Shown here one piece after another: positions 27,439-36,994 of a DNA stretch of 53,653 nt. The notes below the pieces were generated by a model, which was given only the letters and a program-made list of their open reading frames with translations, ran no database searches and was not told the DNA's origin. The stretch is taken from IMG/VR virus record IMGVR_UViG_3300009503_000040, positions 1 to 53,653 of that record; one strand, 5' to 3'. The DNA is from a virus. Its lineage: Duplodnaviria; Caudoviricetes. Numbering within the stretch: position 1 is the first letter of the stretch; each line of letters starts with the position of its first letter. The position numbers were made by a program, and so were the translations under genes.

Positions 27439-27786
27439 TTAAGTTTCCTGTGTAAATGTCAATGAATACCAATCACCTGCAACTGCAGGCGTAGATTTAG
27501 TTTTATGTATATACAGCTTTGGTGTTGCAAGCTTAGGTGCTATTATTATTGTCCCTATCGGCGTTGCTGCATAATTTGTTAATGTTGGAGCTGTCGTTCC
27601 TTCATATTTCAAAATGAAAGTTTTATTTTCTTTGCCATTCTGGTCTTTGCCTGTAAAACCAATAAATTGTGAAAGTGTGCCTTCCTGTGCTTCTGTCAAA
27701 CCAAGTATATCTCGTGGTCTGTCACTTTCATAAAGCGAGCTCCAGCCTGCTCTTTTTCCTGCTTCTGCTCCTAATTCTGATGCCAT
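27439..27786 (-). CDS. Putative capsid decoration/head fibre protein
   Basis: Follows the major capsid gene; AAGGAG RBS before MASELG. Confidence 0.5.
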   Translation of the reverse strand: MASELGAEAGKRAGWSSLYESDRPRDILGLTEAQEGTLSQFIGFTGKDQNGKENKTFILKYEGTTAPTLTNYAATPIGTIIIAPKLATPKLYIHKTKSTPAVAGDWYSLTFTQET

Positions 27787-27805
27787 ATTTTTATCTCCTT
27801 TATTT

Positions 27806-29089
27806 TTACCATGATGGATTGTTTGGTGAATAAGTTGCAATTACAAGCGATGATGTATTGCCAATAAATTCACTCGGACTTAAGAAACCATCATAATCAT
27901 ATCTGTCTGCTCTTGTATAACCAATTACAGTGTATGAGCTCTCCCCTCTTACATTATCATAATCAGCAGTTCTGTTCTTAAATCCTAATGGAACTGTATG
28001 CCCGCACATTACAGCAGATGCACCAATATAAACAGCTAACTTTCGGTCAGATTCATGAACAGCATTCTCAAGTGGATTTGGATTCCCGTAATTAATTATT
28101 CCTCTTGATGAATCATAACCTGTATCTCCTGACGTCCAAACTCCTGGATTATTAATATCAACAAGAATTAAAACACCTTCTACTAAATGTGCTTCATAAG
28201 CTCCAGTGAATAACGGTGCATTGTTTCCTTCCTTCGTAACTAAAGCAATATGTAATTCTTTGAATAGTGGGTCTTGTGCTAATTGCGCCATTTGTGCATC
28301 GTTAATTACAAGTATTCCTTTTACCTTGAAATTACCTGCTGTTGTCGGAACAATCATGTGTCTCGAACCATATATTTGTGCATTCCTGACAACTTGCATT
28401 GTCATCTTATCGTTTGAGTCTAATGCATCTAATTGAGTTTTTATTGCATTCTCATAGGCTTCAGGGTCTGGGTCAAATGGCACTCTTCCATATCCAGCAA
28501 CATAAAAATTCGGATGACTTCTTTGTTTAATAACATCTCCAAATCCGCCTTCGCTCTTAGGTGCAAGTATATTATCTGAAAATCCTCGATATAGTGCATC
28601 ATAAGGTGCATAAGCCTGCCATCTCTGATTATAATGAATAAATTCATCTTTAAGATTGTCCCATATCTGCATTAACATTTTTGGTGTCAATGCCTGTTCG
28701 CCCATCAGTCCATCTCTCGTCTTGACTGGTCTTCTGACTTGGTTAATCAGACATCGGTTATATACCCAGTTGATATCTTCCTCATTACCTTCAGCTTGGT
28801 TATCACCATAGATTGGCTTTTTGCGTAATGGAAGCTTGATTGGAACATCAATTGAATGTCCGCCCATGTGATTCCAATCAGTTAATACTTCTATTGGTTT
28901 CCCTGTCGGTCTTAATGTCCTTGCTTGAACAGAACCAAACGGAACACTCTTAGGATATCCATGTTCATCAGTCCCGCCTATATGACCAATCATTTCTGCC
29001 CATACTGGAATTTGAGTCCACTGTGATTTTCTCATTTTCTGACTTAAGGCATCACGATACATTCTTAAGTCACTATTTATAATTCCCAT
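27806..29089 (-). CDS. Major capsid protein (N4-gp56/DUF4043-like)
   Basis: 427 aa after the scaffold; PIYGDNQAEGNEE..INQVRRPV, PLFTGA..VEGVLI, DYDN motifs. Confidence 0.75.
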   Translation of the reverse strand: MGIINSDLRMYRDALSQKMRKSQWTQIPVWAEMIGHIGGTDEHGYPKSVPFGSVQARTLRPTGKPIEVLTDWNHMGGHSIDVPIKLPLRKKPIYGDNQAEGNEEDINWVYNRCLINQVRRPVKTRDGLMGEQALTPKMLMQIWDNLKDEFIHYNQRWQAYAPYDALYRGFSDNILAPKSEGGFGDVIKQRSHPNFYVAGYGRVPFDPDPEAYENAIKTQLDALDSNDKMTMQVVRNAQIYGSRHMIVPTTAGNFKVKGILVINDAQMAQLAQDPLFKELHIALVTKEGNNAPLFTGAYEAHLVEGVLILVDINNPGVWTSGDTGYDSSRGIINYGNPNPLENAVHESDRKLAVYIGASAVMCGHTVPLGFKNRTADYDNVRGESSYTVIGYTRADRYDYDGFLSPSEFIGNTSSLVIATYSPNNPSW

Positions 29090-29116
29090 ATTATAATCTC
29101 CTTAAAATTTTTCCGA

Positions 29117-30436
29117 TTAATAACTGTATTTATTCTTAATGCTTTCTATTATTTTATCAAGAGTAGCATCATCTGTTATTTTTTGAATTTCATCTGGATT
29201 AACCGCAACTGTTTTACTTCCTTTCGTTCCCGTTGGAATTTTCAAATTCTCATCCTTCAGTCTTTCCACTTCTGTTCTTGTCTTCTTAGACTTATTATTA
29301 ACAATCTGCGTAAGAATCTTTGCATTATTTTCATATATAAATTTCTTGGCAAGCTGTCCTTTCTTAAGAAGCGGAATTCTGCCTATCCTTCCTATAACAT
29401 TCGTATCAATTCCATCTCCATTTAACATCAATGAATTGAGAAATTCATTATAATAACTTCCGTTTTCATCTTTGGTCAATGTCAAATCAATTCCTAAATC
29501 TTTTTCAGTAATGCCGTATTTATCAAGTTCTGATTTAATAATTTTAACTTCTTCTTCTAGTGCTTTATTGTTTATTTCACGAAAGTTATCATTGATATTT
29601 TTTAGTTTAGTCAGATTTTCATCGTTGAGCAAAGGAAGTAATTCTGTAGGTGATTCATTATATAAATTTTTCAGATGTGTTTGAGCATAAATTACCTTGC
29701 GTAATTCTGTTTTAACATCATTATTGATGGTTTCCAAATCACGCAGGTATTTATTTACTGATAGAAATCCTCCTGTTTCAAGAAGCTCTCTTTCCCATTC
29801 TTTGTATTCTTCAGAATTCATATCTTCAGGCATATCAGGATAAAGCTTTTTCAACCTTTTTATAGTTTCCTGCTGAAGAATACTTTTAATTGTTTCATCT
29901 TCTTCAGGTAATACAGGCAGTTCAAATTTTTCCTGTCCGCCGCTTTTTTCAATAGGCTTTGGTTCTGGTTCTTTATCAGTTTTGCCTATTTCTTTTTGAA
30001 CAGAAATCAGTGCTTTAATTAAATCTTTATCATTCTTGAATAGCACTGCATTAACTATTGCCTTTTCGAGTTCCTCTCTTGGTTTATCTTTATACTTCAT
30101 TAATATTGCCCGATATTCCTCAGGCTGTTGGTTTATTATTTCTTCTGTTAAAAGGAACTCTTTTTCTGATTTGTTTTTTTCTTCTGCTGCATTTTCTTCT
30201 TCCTCATTAAATTCGGTTTTATCCTCTGCCTCTTCAGAAGTATCCTCACCTTTATTAGGTTTATCGGGTTCTGATTCAGCTGATGCGGTATCCGTTCCGG
30301 GCGCATCATATTTTTCTTTAATGAGTTCTATTGCAGCGTCAATTTCTTCATCATCAGTAAGATTTTTAATTACTTCTGCTCTTTCGTCTTCTTCTATAAA
30401 TTCAGGTTCATCTTCTAATGTATATTGATTTGGCAT
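29117..30436 (-). CDS. Putative scaffolding protein
   Basis: Acidic N-terminus, helical, directly upstream of the capsid gene; AGGAGG RBS. Confidence 0.65.
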   Translation of the reverse strand: MPNQYTLEDEPEFIEEDERAEVIKNLTDDEEIDAAIELIKEKYDAPGTDTASAESEPDKPNKGEDTSEEAEDKTEFNEEEENAAEEKNKSEKEFLLTEEIINQQPEEYRAILMKYKDKPREELEKAIVNAVLFKNDKDLIKALISVQKEIGKTDKEPEPKPIEKSGGQEKFELPVLPEEDETIKSILQQETIKRLKKLYPDMPEDMNSEEYKEWERELLETGGFLSVNKYLRDLETINNDVKTELRKVIYAQTHLKNLYNESPTELLPLLNDENLTKLKNINDNFREINNKALEEEVKIIKSELDKYGITEKDLGIDLTLTKDENGSYYNEFLNSLMLNGDGIDTNVIGRIGRIPLLKKGQLAKKFIYENNAKILTQIVNNKSKKTRTEVERLKDENLKIPTGTKGSKTVAVNPDEIQKITDDATLDKIIESIKNKYSY

Positions 30437-30454
30437 GCATTCCTCCTTTTTAAA

Positions 30455-30516
30455 ATGAAAAAGACGATTACTATCCTTTCAGATTGTAATCGCCTCTTGT
30501 TATCGAGTTACGATTT
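30455..30516 (-). terminator. Leader+terminator element, copy 2
   Basis: AGGCGATTAC/GTAATCGTCT stem with GAAA-capped top and U-tract. Confidence 0.8.
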
Positions 30517-30556
30517 ATCCGCCTTTGGCGGATTTATCCGCCATTTTTTTGGCGGG
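30517..30556. repeat. Tandem REP-like palindromes ATCCGCC-TTT-GGCGGAT plus a variant
   Basis: 30517-30533 and 30536-30556. Confidence 0.85.
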
Positions 30557-30575
30557 GTATCAAATCAGTTACAAA

Positions 30576-30764
30576 TTATTTATTAAAATACAATTTTGCA
30601 TTCCTTGCAAATCTTGCCTGCAGCCTTGTTTTTGCATCAAATTCTTTTGGATGTTCTAAAACATATTCAGCAAATTCTTGAACGTCCATATTATACCTTT
30701 TTGCTTTAGCAGTAAAAATTCCTTTATGCTTTGGATTAATAAATATTTTTGATTTCCTGTTCAT
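30576..30764 (-). CDS. Small basic phage protein
   Basis: INPKHKGIFTAKAK..MDVQEFA..ARFARNAK resembles a motif I recall from Bacteroidota phages. Confidence 0.6.
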   Translation of the reverse strand: MNRKSKIFINPKHKGIFTAKAKRYNMDVQEFAEYVLEHPKEFDAKTRLQARFARNAKLYFNK

Positions 30765-30786
30765 TTTTCTCTTCTTTACATAATTT

Positions 30787-30821
30787 ATTCGCCTTTGGCG
30801 AATTTATTCGCCTTTGGCGAT
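30787..30821. repeat. Tandem REP-like palindromes ATTCGCCTTTGGCGA x2
   Basis: 30787-30803 and 30806-30821; the second forms the 3' end of a CDS. Confidence 0.85.
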
Positions 30822-31118
30822 TTGAATTATTTCTTCATCACTCTTGCCGAAAAAGTTTTTCGCATATTTTGTAAACTCATCAAAGCTGTCAAATATTTTG
30901 GTAAAATGTTTGTATGAACTTTCTACAAGACCATTTTTTTGTGGTTTTGTTGGAAGTCCCTCAATATCTACATCAGCCATTACTTTGCCGTCAACTTCCT
31001 TTATTCTAATGGAAGTAGATATTTTATTTTTCTTTAAATCTTTTGCAAGATTAAACTTTTCTATTACTCTTTCCTTTGCAGTTTTCCTATCTTCTTCCAA
31101 AGGAATGGATTCCCACAT
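30804..31118 (-). CDS. Hypothetical protein
   Basis: GGAGGTG RBS before ATG 31118; the 21-nt element directly follows the ATG. Confidence 0.7.
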   Translation of the reverse strand: MWESIPLEEDRKTAKERVIEKFNLAKDLKKNKISTSIRIKEVDGKVMADVDIEGLPTKPQKNGLVESSYKHFTKIFDSFDEFTKYAKNFFGKSDEEIIQIAKGE

Positions 31119-31139
31119 TTTTTCACCTCCCAAATAGAA

Positions 31140-31203
31140 AATAAAAAAGGCAATTACTACCCGATGCCGGGAAATAATCGCCTCTTATTATTGAGTAACG
31201 ATA
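31140..31203 (-). terminator. Leader+terminator element, copy 3
   Basis: AGGCGATTAT/GTAATTGCCT stem with CCCG/CGGG top and U-tract. Confidence 0.8.
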
Positions 31204-31282
31204 ATTATCTGCTTAAAATCAAATCACAATGAAAACAAATAACAAAATGCTGGTTGAAAATAAATCACAATTAATATTACAC

Positions 31283-31299
31283 TCAAGTTACTTTTTTTT
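31283..31299 (-). promoter_or_regulatory. Putative late promoter motif, copy 2
   Basis: TCAAGTTACTTTTTTTT identical to 36066-36082; ends in TTGA (-35-like) on the minus strand. Confidence 0.6.
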
Positions 31300-31318
31300 C
31301 ACAAATTATGAGAACAAC

Positions 31319-31543
31319 TTATATCTTTTCACTCGGGTCTGGACTATTCCATCTCCTTTTTCTTTCAGTTGCACTTAAATCCCAATACACTGGTTTCTGT
31401 TTTATACTAAATGATACGCTTGAAAGAATTCTTTTCATTTCTCCTCCGCAATCACAATTATGAACTTTTATATAATCATTTGTATCTTCATAAAACTCTT
31501 TTATATTATTGCATTTTATGCACTTGTAATCATAGAATCGCAT
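31319..31543 (-). CDS. FmdB-like zinc-ribbon protein
   Basis: YDYKCIKC..CDCGGEMKRILS. Confidence 0.75.
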   Translation of the reverse strand: MRFYDYKCIKCNNIKEFYEDTNDYIKVHNCDCGGEMKRILSSVSFSIKQKPVYWDLSATERKRRWNSPDPSEKI

Positions 31544-31751
31544 TTCTTTTATCCCCTCTTTTATCTTCTATAACATTTAATAATTCACTGATATCAATTT
31601 TTGAAAAGAAATATTTGAAATCTTCTGGATTCCCAGAAAAGTTAGCTTCGAAATTAAACCTCATCCTTTTTGCATAAGCACGATGAAGTTTTTCTACCAT
31701 CTCAGCAAATTTTTTATCGCAGTCTTTTATTATTAAATCTGTTATTGCCAT
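31530..31751 (-). CDS. Hypothetical protein
   Basis: 73-aa ORF overlapping both neighbours. Confidence 0.6.
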   Translation of the reverse strand: MAITDLIIKDCDKKFAEMVEKLHRAYAKRMRFNFEANFSGNPEDFKYFFSKIDISELLNVIEDKRGDKRNAIL

Positions 31752-31987
31752 TATACTTTAATTTTTTTTGATACTTGTTCTTTTAATTTTTCTATTTCCT
31801 TTTCAGCAATTATTCTGGAAGTATATTTTGTTTTTATATTGTTTATAAACTCTCTCATTTTATTTGCATATTCATGCAGAACTGAATTATTACGTAAAAC
31901 GCAGATTAAAATTAATAACTCTAAAAAATGCCAGAAGTCATTAAAAAAGAAATCGATTATATCATATATAAGTTTTTGCGTAGTCAA
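31751..31987 (-). CDS. Hypothetical membrane-associated protein
   Basis: FFFNDFWHFLELLILI hydrophobic stretch; operon position. Confidence 0.55.
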   Translation of the reverse strand: MTTQKLIYDIIDFFFNDFWHFLELLILICVLRNNSVLHEYANKMREFINNIKTKYTSRIIAEKEIEKLKEQVSKKIKV

Positions 31988-32002
31988 TTATTTAATAACT
32001 CC

Positions 32003-34108
32003 TCAATTATTTTGTGAAATCATTCCTATGGGAGTGGATTTATTAAAATTGCCAAGCGGATTAAATCCTTTGGCGGTATTTTTAATATTTTGTGCCTTTT
32101 CAAGATTGATTAACTTTTTTGTTTTCAAATCTTCTTTCTTTTCTTCAATCCCTAATTTAGCGGCTATCATTTGTAATTGCTGCATAATCTGTACTAACTG
32201 CATCTGTCCTAAATTTGGCTCTTCTAATTTTTTCCATTTGCCTATTATTTTTTGTGCATTAGGAAAGCCGCCCATTTCTACAATCTCTTCAAGTAATAAT
32301 TCAGCTTTCTTTGGATTAATGTTTATTGTTGCTTCAAACAAATCAATAAGTTTTGCATACTCAATTTCTTTCGCATTTGAACTGTAAGGCGTATTAGATA
32401 TTTCAATATCATATTCTCCAATAGTTAAATCATTTTTAACTTTCTCAATTATCTTCCCTTCATTAGCATCGTATTCATATTGAGATTGATTAACAATAAT
32501 TTCATAAGGTTCTTTTCCCGAAGTGATTCTGTATATCCGTTGTGTGGTTACATAATGCTGAATAAAATTAACAGCTAATTCGCAAACTGCTTTTGCTGAA
32601 TTATCTACATTATTAAATATGTAACTGAAACTTCTTGTCTGCTGTTGTTCTTTAGCAATAAAATGTCTTCCCGATTTTACATCTGAACTTTTCTGCCCTC
32701 TGATTTCATCATCAGCATTGCTTATTACTTTCATTAATTGCTGTGTTTCAATTGGGTCTCGTATTAAATCAGGGCTTATTGTCTGTCCTTCTTCTGGTTT
32801 TATTGCATTTAAATAACCTGCTCGAACTCTTCTGTATGGCGCAATTCTTTCACTTGTCCAATCTTCTTCAAAACCATCAATAGCATTTTCATCTACTATC
32901 CAGCCTTTGTTTACATATCTTGCAAGCAGCTCAAGCTTAAGACTTTGTGCCTTGTTAAAATGTGCTTGAGGGTCCTTTAAATCATCAATTATACTTTGTG
33001 CTTTTAATGGGTCTGAGTGGTAATCGTAACAATACTGAGGGATATATACATAATATTTACTATTGAATGGATATGGTTGTTCATTAACTTTTATATTAAA
33101 TGTTGGAATTACTGTTGTTAAATATCTTCTGTTCTCAAGTTCAATTCTCGGTTCTCCGTTTATTTGATATTGTTCTTTTATTAATTGAATTTTCTCATTG
33201 TCAAACTTAAATCCATTTTCTTCTTTAGTAATTTCTGTTATATCATAAGTTCTTTCTGTCTGTGTATCATAAATTATTAATCTTCTCTCTGTTCTTTGCT
33301 CATGCAATTCTAATATATCAAATTTCCCTGTTGCCGGGTCCCACCATTGCAAATAGTTCTTAAATAAATTATCATTTGTTGTGCTGAAACCAGTAGCTGT
33401 TTCATATACTGCAGAGAACAATGCTTTTAATTTTTTGCTTATCCACTTTTTCTTTTTGTCTTCATCTTTTTCAAAAAATGCAGAAGCTTCTTTTAATATT
33501 TCATCTTGAAGCTCAGTATCATTTAATGCATATATATTTAATATCTCTTCAATTGTCATTGAATGCTTTCTAAATAGATAACTTGCTTTGCTCCATAAAG
33601 GGTCAGCATAATTTGGTTCAAACATTATCTCTCTCGGGTCTATCGATTCAACAAACAATTCTCCAAGCGGGTCATTATCATATTTCCAGCCAACATGATA
33701 TACGCCAAACTTTGCTACTATAGAATCCAGAAATACTTTAGTTCTATGATAATCAAAATTGGTATTACGCAGATAATGTAACATAACTTCTGTTACAACC
33801 TGTGCTAATTCATTATCTCCTTCACCTTTTGGTTTTGCAATCATTTGTTTCCTGTTCTGAAGTTCTATCGCAATTATCACATTTAATATTGTTCTGATAA
33901 GATTATAACTGTTTGCAGGTCTTCTCTCTTCTTTCAATTTCTCTTTTACTTCTTTTTCCCACTGCAATTCTCCAACTGTAAAATCATAATTCTTTGTCAT
34001 CTCTGCATGTAAAGGTTCAAATTGAGAAGACAAATTATTATACATCCTCATCATATCATATACAGTATCATCATCCCGTATTTTAAAATTTCTTTTAACA
34101 TTAAACAT
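32003..34108 (-). CDS. Portal protein (P22-like)
   Basis: 701 aa after TerL; F..GELQW..RPANSYNLIR, IIDDLKDPQ..FNK, NDLTIGEYDIEI motifs. Confidence 0.85.
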   Translation of the reverse strand: MFNVKRNFKIRDDDTVYDMMRMYNNLSSQFEPLHAEMTKNYDFTVGELQWEKEVKEKLKEERRPANSYNLIRTILNVIIAIELQNRKQMIAKPKGEGDNELAQVVTEVMLHYLRNTNFDYHRTKVFLDSIVAKFGVYHVGWKYDNDPLGELFVESIDPREIMFEPNYADPLWSKASYLFRKHSMTIEEILNIYALNDTELQDEILKEASAFFEKDEDKKKKWISKKLKALFSAVYETATGFSTTNDNLFKNYLQWWDPATGKFDILELHEQRTERRLIIYDTQTERTYDITEITKEENGFKFDNEKIQLIKEQYQINGEPRIELENRRYLTTVIPTFNIKVNEQPYPFNSKYYVYIPQYCYDYHSDPLKAQSIIDDLKDPQAHFNKAQSLKLELLARYVNKGWIVDENAIDGFEEDWTSERIAPYRRVRAGYLNAIKPEEGQTISPDLIRDPIETQQLMKVISNADDEIRGQKSSDVKSGRHFIAKEQQQTRSFSYIFNNVDNSAKAVCELAVNFIQHYVTTQRIYRITSGKEPYEIIVNQSQYEYDANEGKIIEKVKNDLTIGEYDIEISNTPYSSNAKEIEYAKLIDLFEATININPKKAELLLEEIVEMGGFPNAQKIIGKWKKLEEPNLGQMQLVQIMQQLQMIAAKLGIEEKKEDLKTKKLINLEKAQNIKNTAKGFNPLGNFNKSTPIGMISQNN

Positions 34109-34111
34109 TTA

Positions 34112-35599
34112 TTATACTCCCATAAAACCTATTTGAACTTTTTTCATTCTTTCTTTCCGCATTTCTATTAACCATTTCGGTTCATTATCGGTATTCTTTT
34201 GTCTTGGCTGAGCCAATTGCATAAACATATATTTCATAGCATCATAAGCATGATCATTTTGTCCGTCTGCTATATCTTCAGAATCTTTATCATCTGTAAT
34301 TAAACTTGGCAATGTTTCTATCAAATGCCTGCATCTTTCATAAATTTTTAATTTTGGCTGTTTAATTATTGTTTTTGTGTATATGTCATATTTATAATCA
34401 AGTGCATTGTAAATTGCTTCATTGCATGCTTTTCTGTAACTCATATTATTTAATCCGCTTGCATTTTTAGATACTTTAATCAGCTTAATCCCTGCTCTCA
34501 AATAATAAGCCGCAGGAAATTCCTGCCCTGCCATATCAAATGCATCTGGATTCCACATGTTCGTATCAGCTGCAATTGTAATATTTTCAAGACCTCTTTC
34601 TTTCAAAAATTTTTTTGTCTCACTTACTTTTTTCTCTCTCGTTTCTTTTTCATGATAAAGTTCATCAAAAATAATTACATTGCCATTATAATCTTTTGCA
34701 CCAAGTATTAAAACTGTAATATTGCCATAATCTAATCCGCCAAGTATATTCATTCCCTTAATCTGTTTATAATCAAGATAATCTTTCTGCCTGATAATAT
34801 GTATATCAGGATTCCAGTTATCAAAAAATTGCCCTTCAAAAATATCCCAGTTCCCATACAAGTATTTTTGCTGTTCTTTATATGGCAACTGTTTTAATCT
34901 GTTTAAAACTTCGGGATCTCTTTCTAAAAGAATTTTATTATCATAAACTGTTGCTGGAATAAAATGTATCCGTTTCGGATTATAATCTGGATATAATTCT
35001 GAACTTGCAGTTTTTGCAACAAAATAATTTCTTACTTCAGTATGTGCTTTGCCTCCTGGATTTGTTGCTGCTGCAAAAAATGGTATAAAATCTTTTCTGC
35101 TTGCTTCTAATCTTAATCTTAAATTATAACTTAATTCAAATGGAATTGTTGTTAATTCGTCAATTAATATTACATCATAATTAGCAGACAAATATTGAGA
35201 TAAATCTGCACTTGAACTGCCGTATCCAAATTCAAGTATGCTGTCATTGTAATATTTGAATATATGCTTCTGCTGATTGTATTGTCCAACTTCAACAGGC
35301 AAATCGAAAGGAATTAATCTTAAATGTGTTCGCTCTAATTCTGGGAAAGAAGATCTCAATAACAATACTTTAATCCCTGCATACTGCAGGCAGTTTCTGT
35401 GTGCTTCCCACCTCAATGCAAAAGATTTCCCGCCCTTGCTTGCACCTCCATACAAAAATTCACGGTATCCATTTTCTTCTCTGTTCAATATAGCATTATG
35501 AAATTCTTTTTGTTTTGGTTGTGGAGCATAATAAACCTTGCCGTTTATTTCTATATTTTCAAATAGCAGCATTATTATTAAACTGATTATCTTTATCAT
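34112..35599 (-). CDS. terL: Terminase large subunit
   Basis: LYGGASKGGKS Walker A, ILIDE Walker B, ATNPGG, GLDYG and DHAYDA nuclease motifs; true start may be a few codons downstream. Confidence 0.92.
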   Translation of the reverse strand: MIKIISLIIMLLFENIEINGKVYYAPQPKQKEFHNAILNREENGYREFLYGGASKGGKSFALRWEAHRNCLQYAGIKVLLLRSSFPELERTHLRLIPFDLPVEVGQYNQQKHIFKYYNDSILEFGYGSSSADLSQYLSANYDVILIDELTTIPFELSYNLRLRLEASRKDFIPFFAAATNPGGKAHTEVRNYFVAKTASSELYPDYNPKRIHFIPATVYDNKILLERDPEVLNRLKQLPYKEQQKYLYGNWDIFEGQFFDNWNPDIHIIRQKDYLDYKQIKGMNILGGLDYGNITVLILGAKDYNGNVIIFDELYHEKETREKKVSETKKFLKERGLENITIAADTNMWNPDAFDMAGQEFPAAYYLRAGIKLIKVSKNASGLNNMSYRKACNEAIYNALDYKYDIYTKTIIKQPKLKIYERCRHLIETLPSLITDDKDSEDIADGQNDHAYDAMKYMFMQLAQPRQKNTDNEPKWLIEMRKERMKKVQIGFMGV

Positions 35600-36024
35600 T
35601 CTTTTTTATAATTAATTACTACATTTACTTTATGATTAATATCTTGCTCACTCTTATCTCTCCATTTATCAGGCTGTCTGTTCTTTAACCAAAATATCAT
35701 CGAAGTTGGGTCCGGAGGAACATGTCTAATAATAGGTGTCTTAATTATTTTCCCCTGATATAATTTAATATCAACATCAAGATAACTGTAACCTGTGGCT
35801 CGTTGATACAATGAAATTTCTACATTCTTATCACACAATATCTTCCCTTTTTTTAGGGACTCAAAAAACAAAGGATATTGTTTTTTATAATTATTTAAAG
35901 TTTGTTCAGTAATATTTAATAGTTTTGCAATTTGTTTGTCTGTCAATCCCTTTTCAGCAGCCTTTTGAATTGTGTCTAAATCGTAATTCATTACATCAAT
36001 TTTTTTCTTTCGTCCCATGTTCAT
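35596..36024 (-). CDS. terS: Terminase small subunit
   Basis: GLTDKQIAKLL HTH, SLYQRATGY, PPDPTSMIFWLKNRQPDKWRDK. Confidence 0.85.
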   Translation of the reverse strand: MNMGRKKKIDVMNYDLDTIQKAAEKGLTDKQIAKLLNITEQTLNNYKKQYPLFFESLKKGKILCDKNVEISLYQRATGYSYLDVDIKLYQGKIIKTPIIRHVPPDPTSMIFWLKNRQPDKWRDKSEQDINHKVNVVINYKKE

Positions 36025-36065
36025 TTTTATTTTTTATGCAATTCTCTTAATATAAGAATACTAAA

Positions 36066-36082
36066 TCAAGTTACTTTTTTTT
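36066..36082 (-). promoter_or_regulatory. Putative late promoter motif, copy 1
   Basis: 17-bp identity with 31283-31299; upstream of terS. Confidence 0.6.
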
Positions 36083-36141
36083 GAAATTGTTCTTTTTTTT
36101 TCTTTGCAAATAAAACTGAATTTTATTACCTGTTCCTTTTG

Positions 36142-36417
36142 TCAATATTCCTTCGGAAGAAGATGGGAAAAATCTATTTTTTTTCTGCGATACTTGTAAT
36201 ATAAAATCTTTTTTATTGCCTGGACCGATATATTATATTTATCTGCAAGTCTTTGAATGTATTGTGACTTGTTTCTCTTTCCTCGAATTAATTCAAAATA
36301 TTCATTTCGAATAAAAAAGTTCCTCAATGCAATAGTGTCAATTAAATCTAAGTCATACAATATTTTGAATTCAGGTGACTTGATAATTTTTTTTATTTCT
36401 TTTGTCTCTTTTTCCAA
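36142..36417 (-). CDS. Putative late transcription activator (Mor-like HTH)
   Basis: RNFFIRNEY..LADKYNISVQAIKKILY; last gene before terS. Confidence 0.6.
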   Translation of the reverse strand: MEKETKEIKKIIKSPEFKILYDLDLIDTIALRNFFIRNEYFELIRGKRNKSQYIQRLADKYNISVQAIKKILYYKYRRKKIDFSHLLPKEY

Positions 36418-36430
36418 TGGATTCCCATTT

Positions 36431-36994
36431 TCATTTATTATTAGTATTCCATTTTTTTAATTTATATTTAACTGCCTCTTCCTTCTTTACATATTTTGGT
36501 TCACCCTTTATATTTATCAGTTCATATTCATTGGCAATAGGGTCATAACTTGCACCATAATAATATGAATCTTTGTATTTTTCCATTAATTCTTTCCCTG
36601 TATATGTTTTTATTTTTTTATCATAAGAAATAAAATCAGCAATAGAAGGCAGCTTATCGTATCCTCTGTAATTGTCAATTACATAATTAACAGCATCAAG
36701 CATTCTCTCGTCGTTAAAACCGTTTGCTTTGAATCGCTCTTTCAGCAACTTTATCATTTGAGGCTCCATCTTAGGAAATGCTGTTAATATTTTTTCTGTT
36801 GCTTCTATTATTGCCTTTTCACTTAAACCGCAGCCTTGATAAATCGAAATCTCATCGCTTGAGGTCTGGGTCGTTTGCAATGTCTTCTGAAATTCTTCTG
36901 AGTTTATTTTCTGTAATGTATTTTGAATAGACTCCATTTCTATACTCCGTTTCTTTTTCCCTGATATTTCCATTTTCATCAAGAGCTTTTTCAA
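36431..36994 (-). CDS. Replication-associated hypothetical protein
   Basis: Overlaps the initiator gene (true start probably MESIQ); DAVNYVIDNY..LPSIADFIS. Confidence 0.55.
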   Translation of the reverse strand: MKKLLMKMEISGKKKRSIEMESIQNTLQKINSEEFQKTLQTTQTSSDEISIYQGCGLSEKAIIEATEKILTAFPKMEPQMIKLLKERFKANGFNDERMLDAVNYVIDNYRGYDKLPSIADFISYDKKIKTYTGKELMEKYKDSYYYGASYDPIANEYELINIKGEPKYVKKEEAVKYKLKKWNTNNK

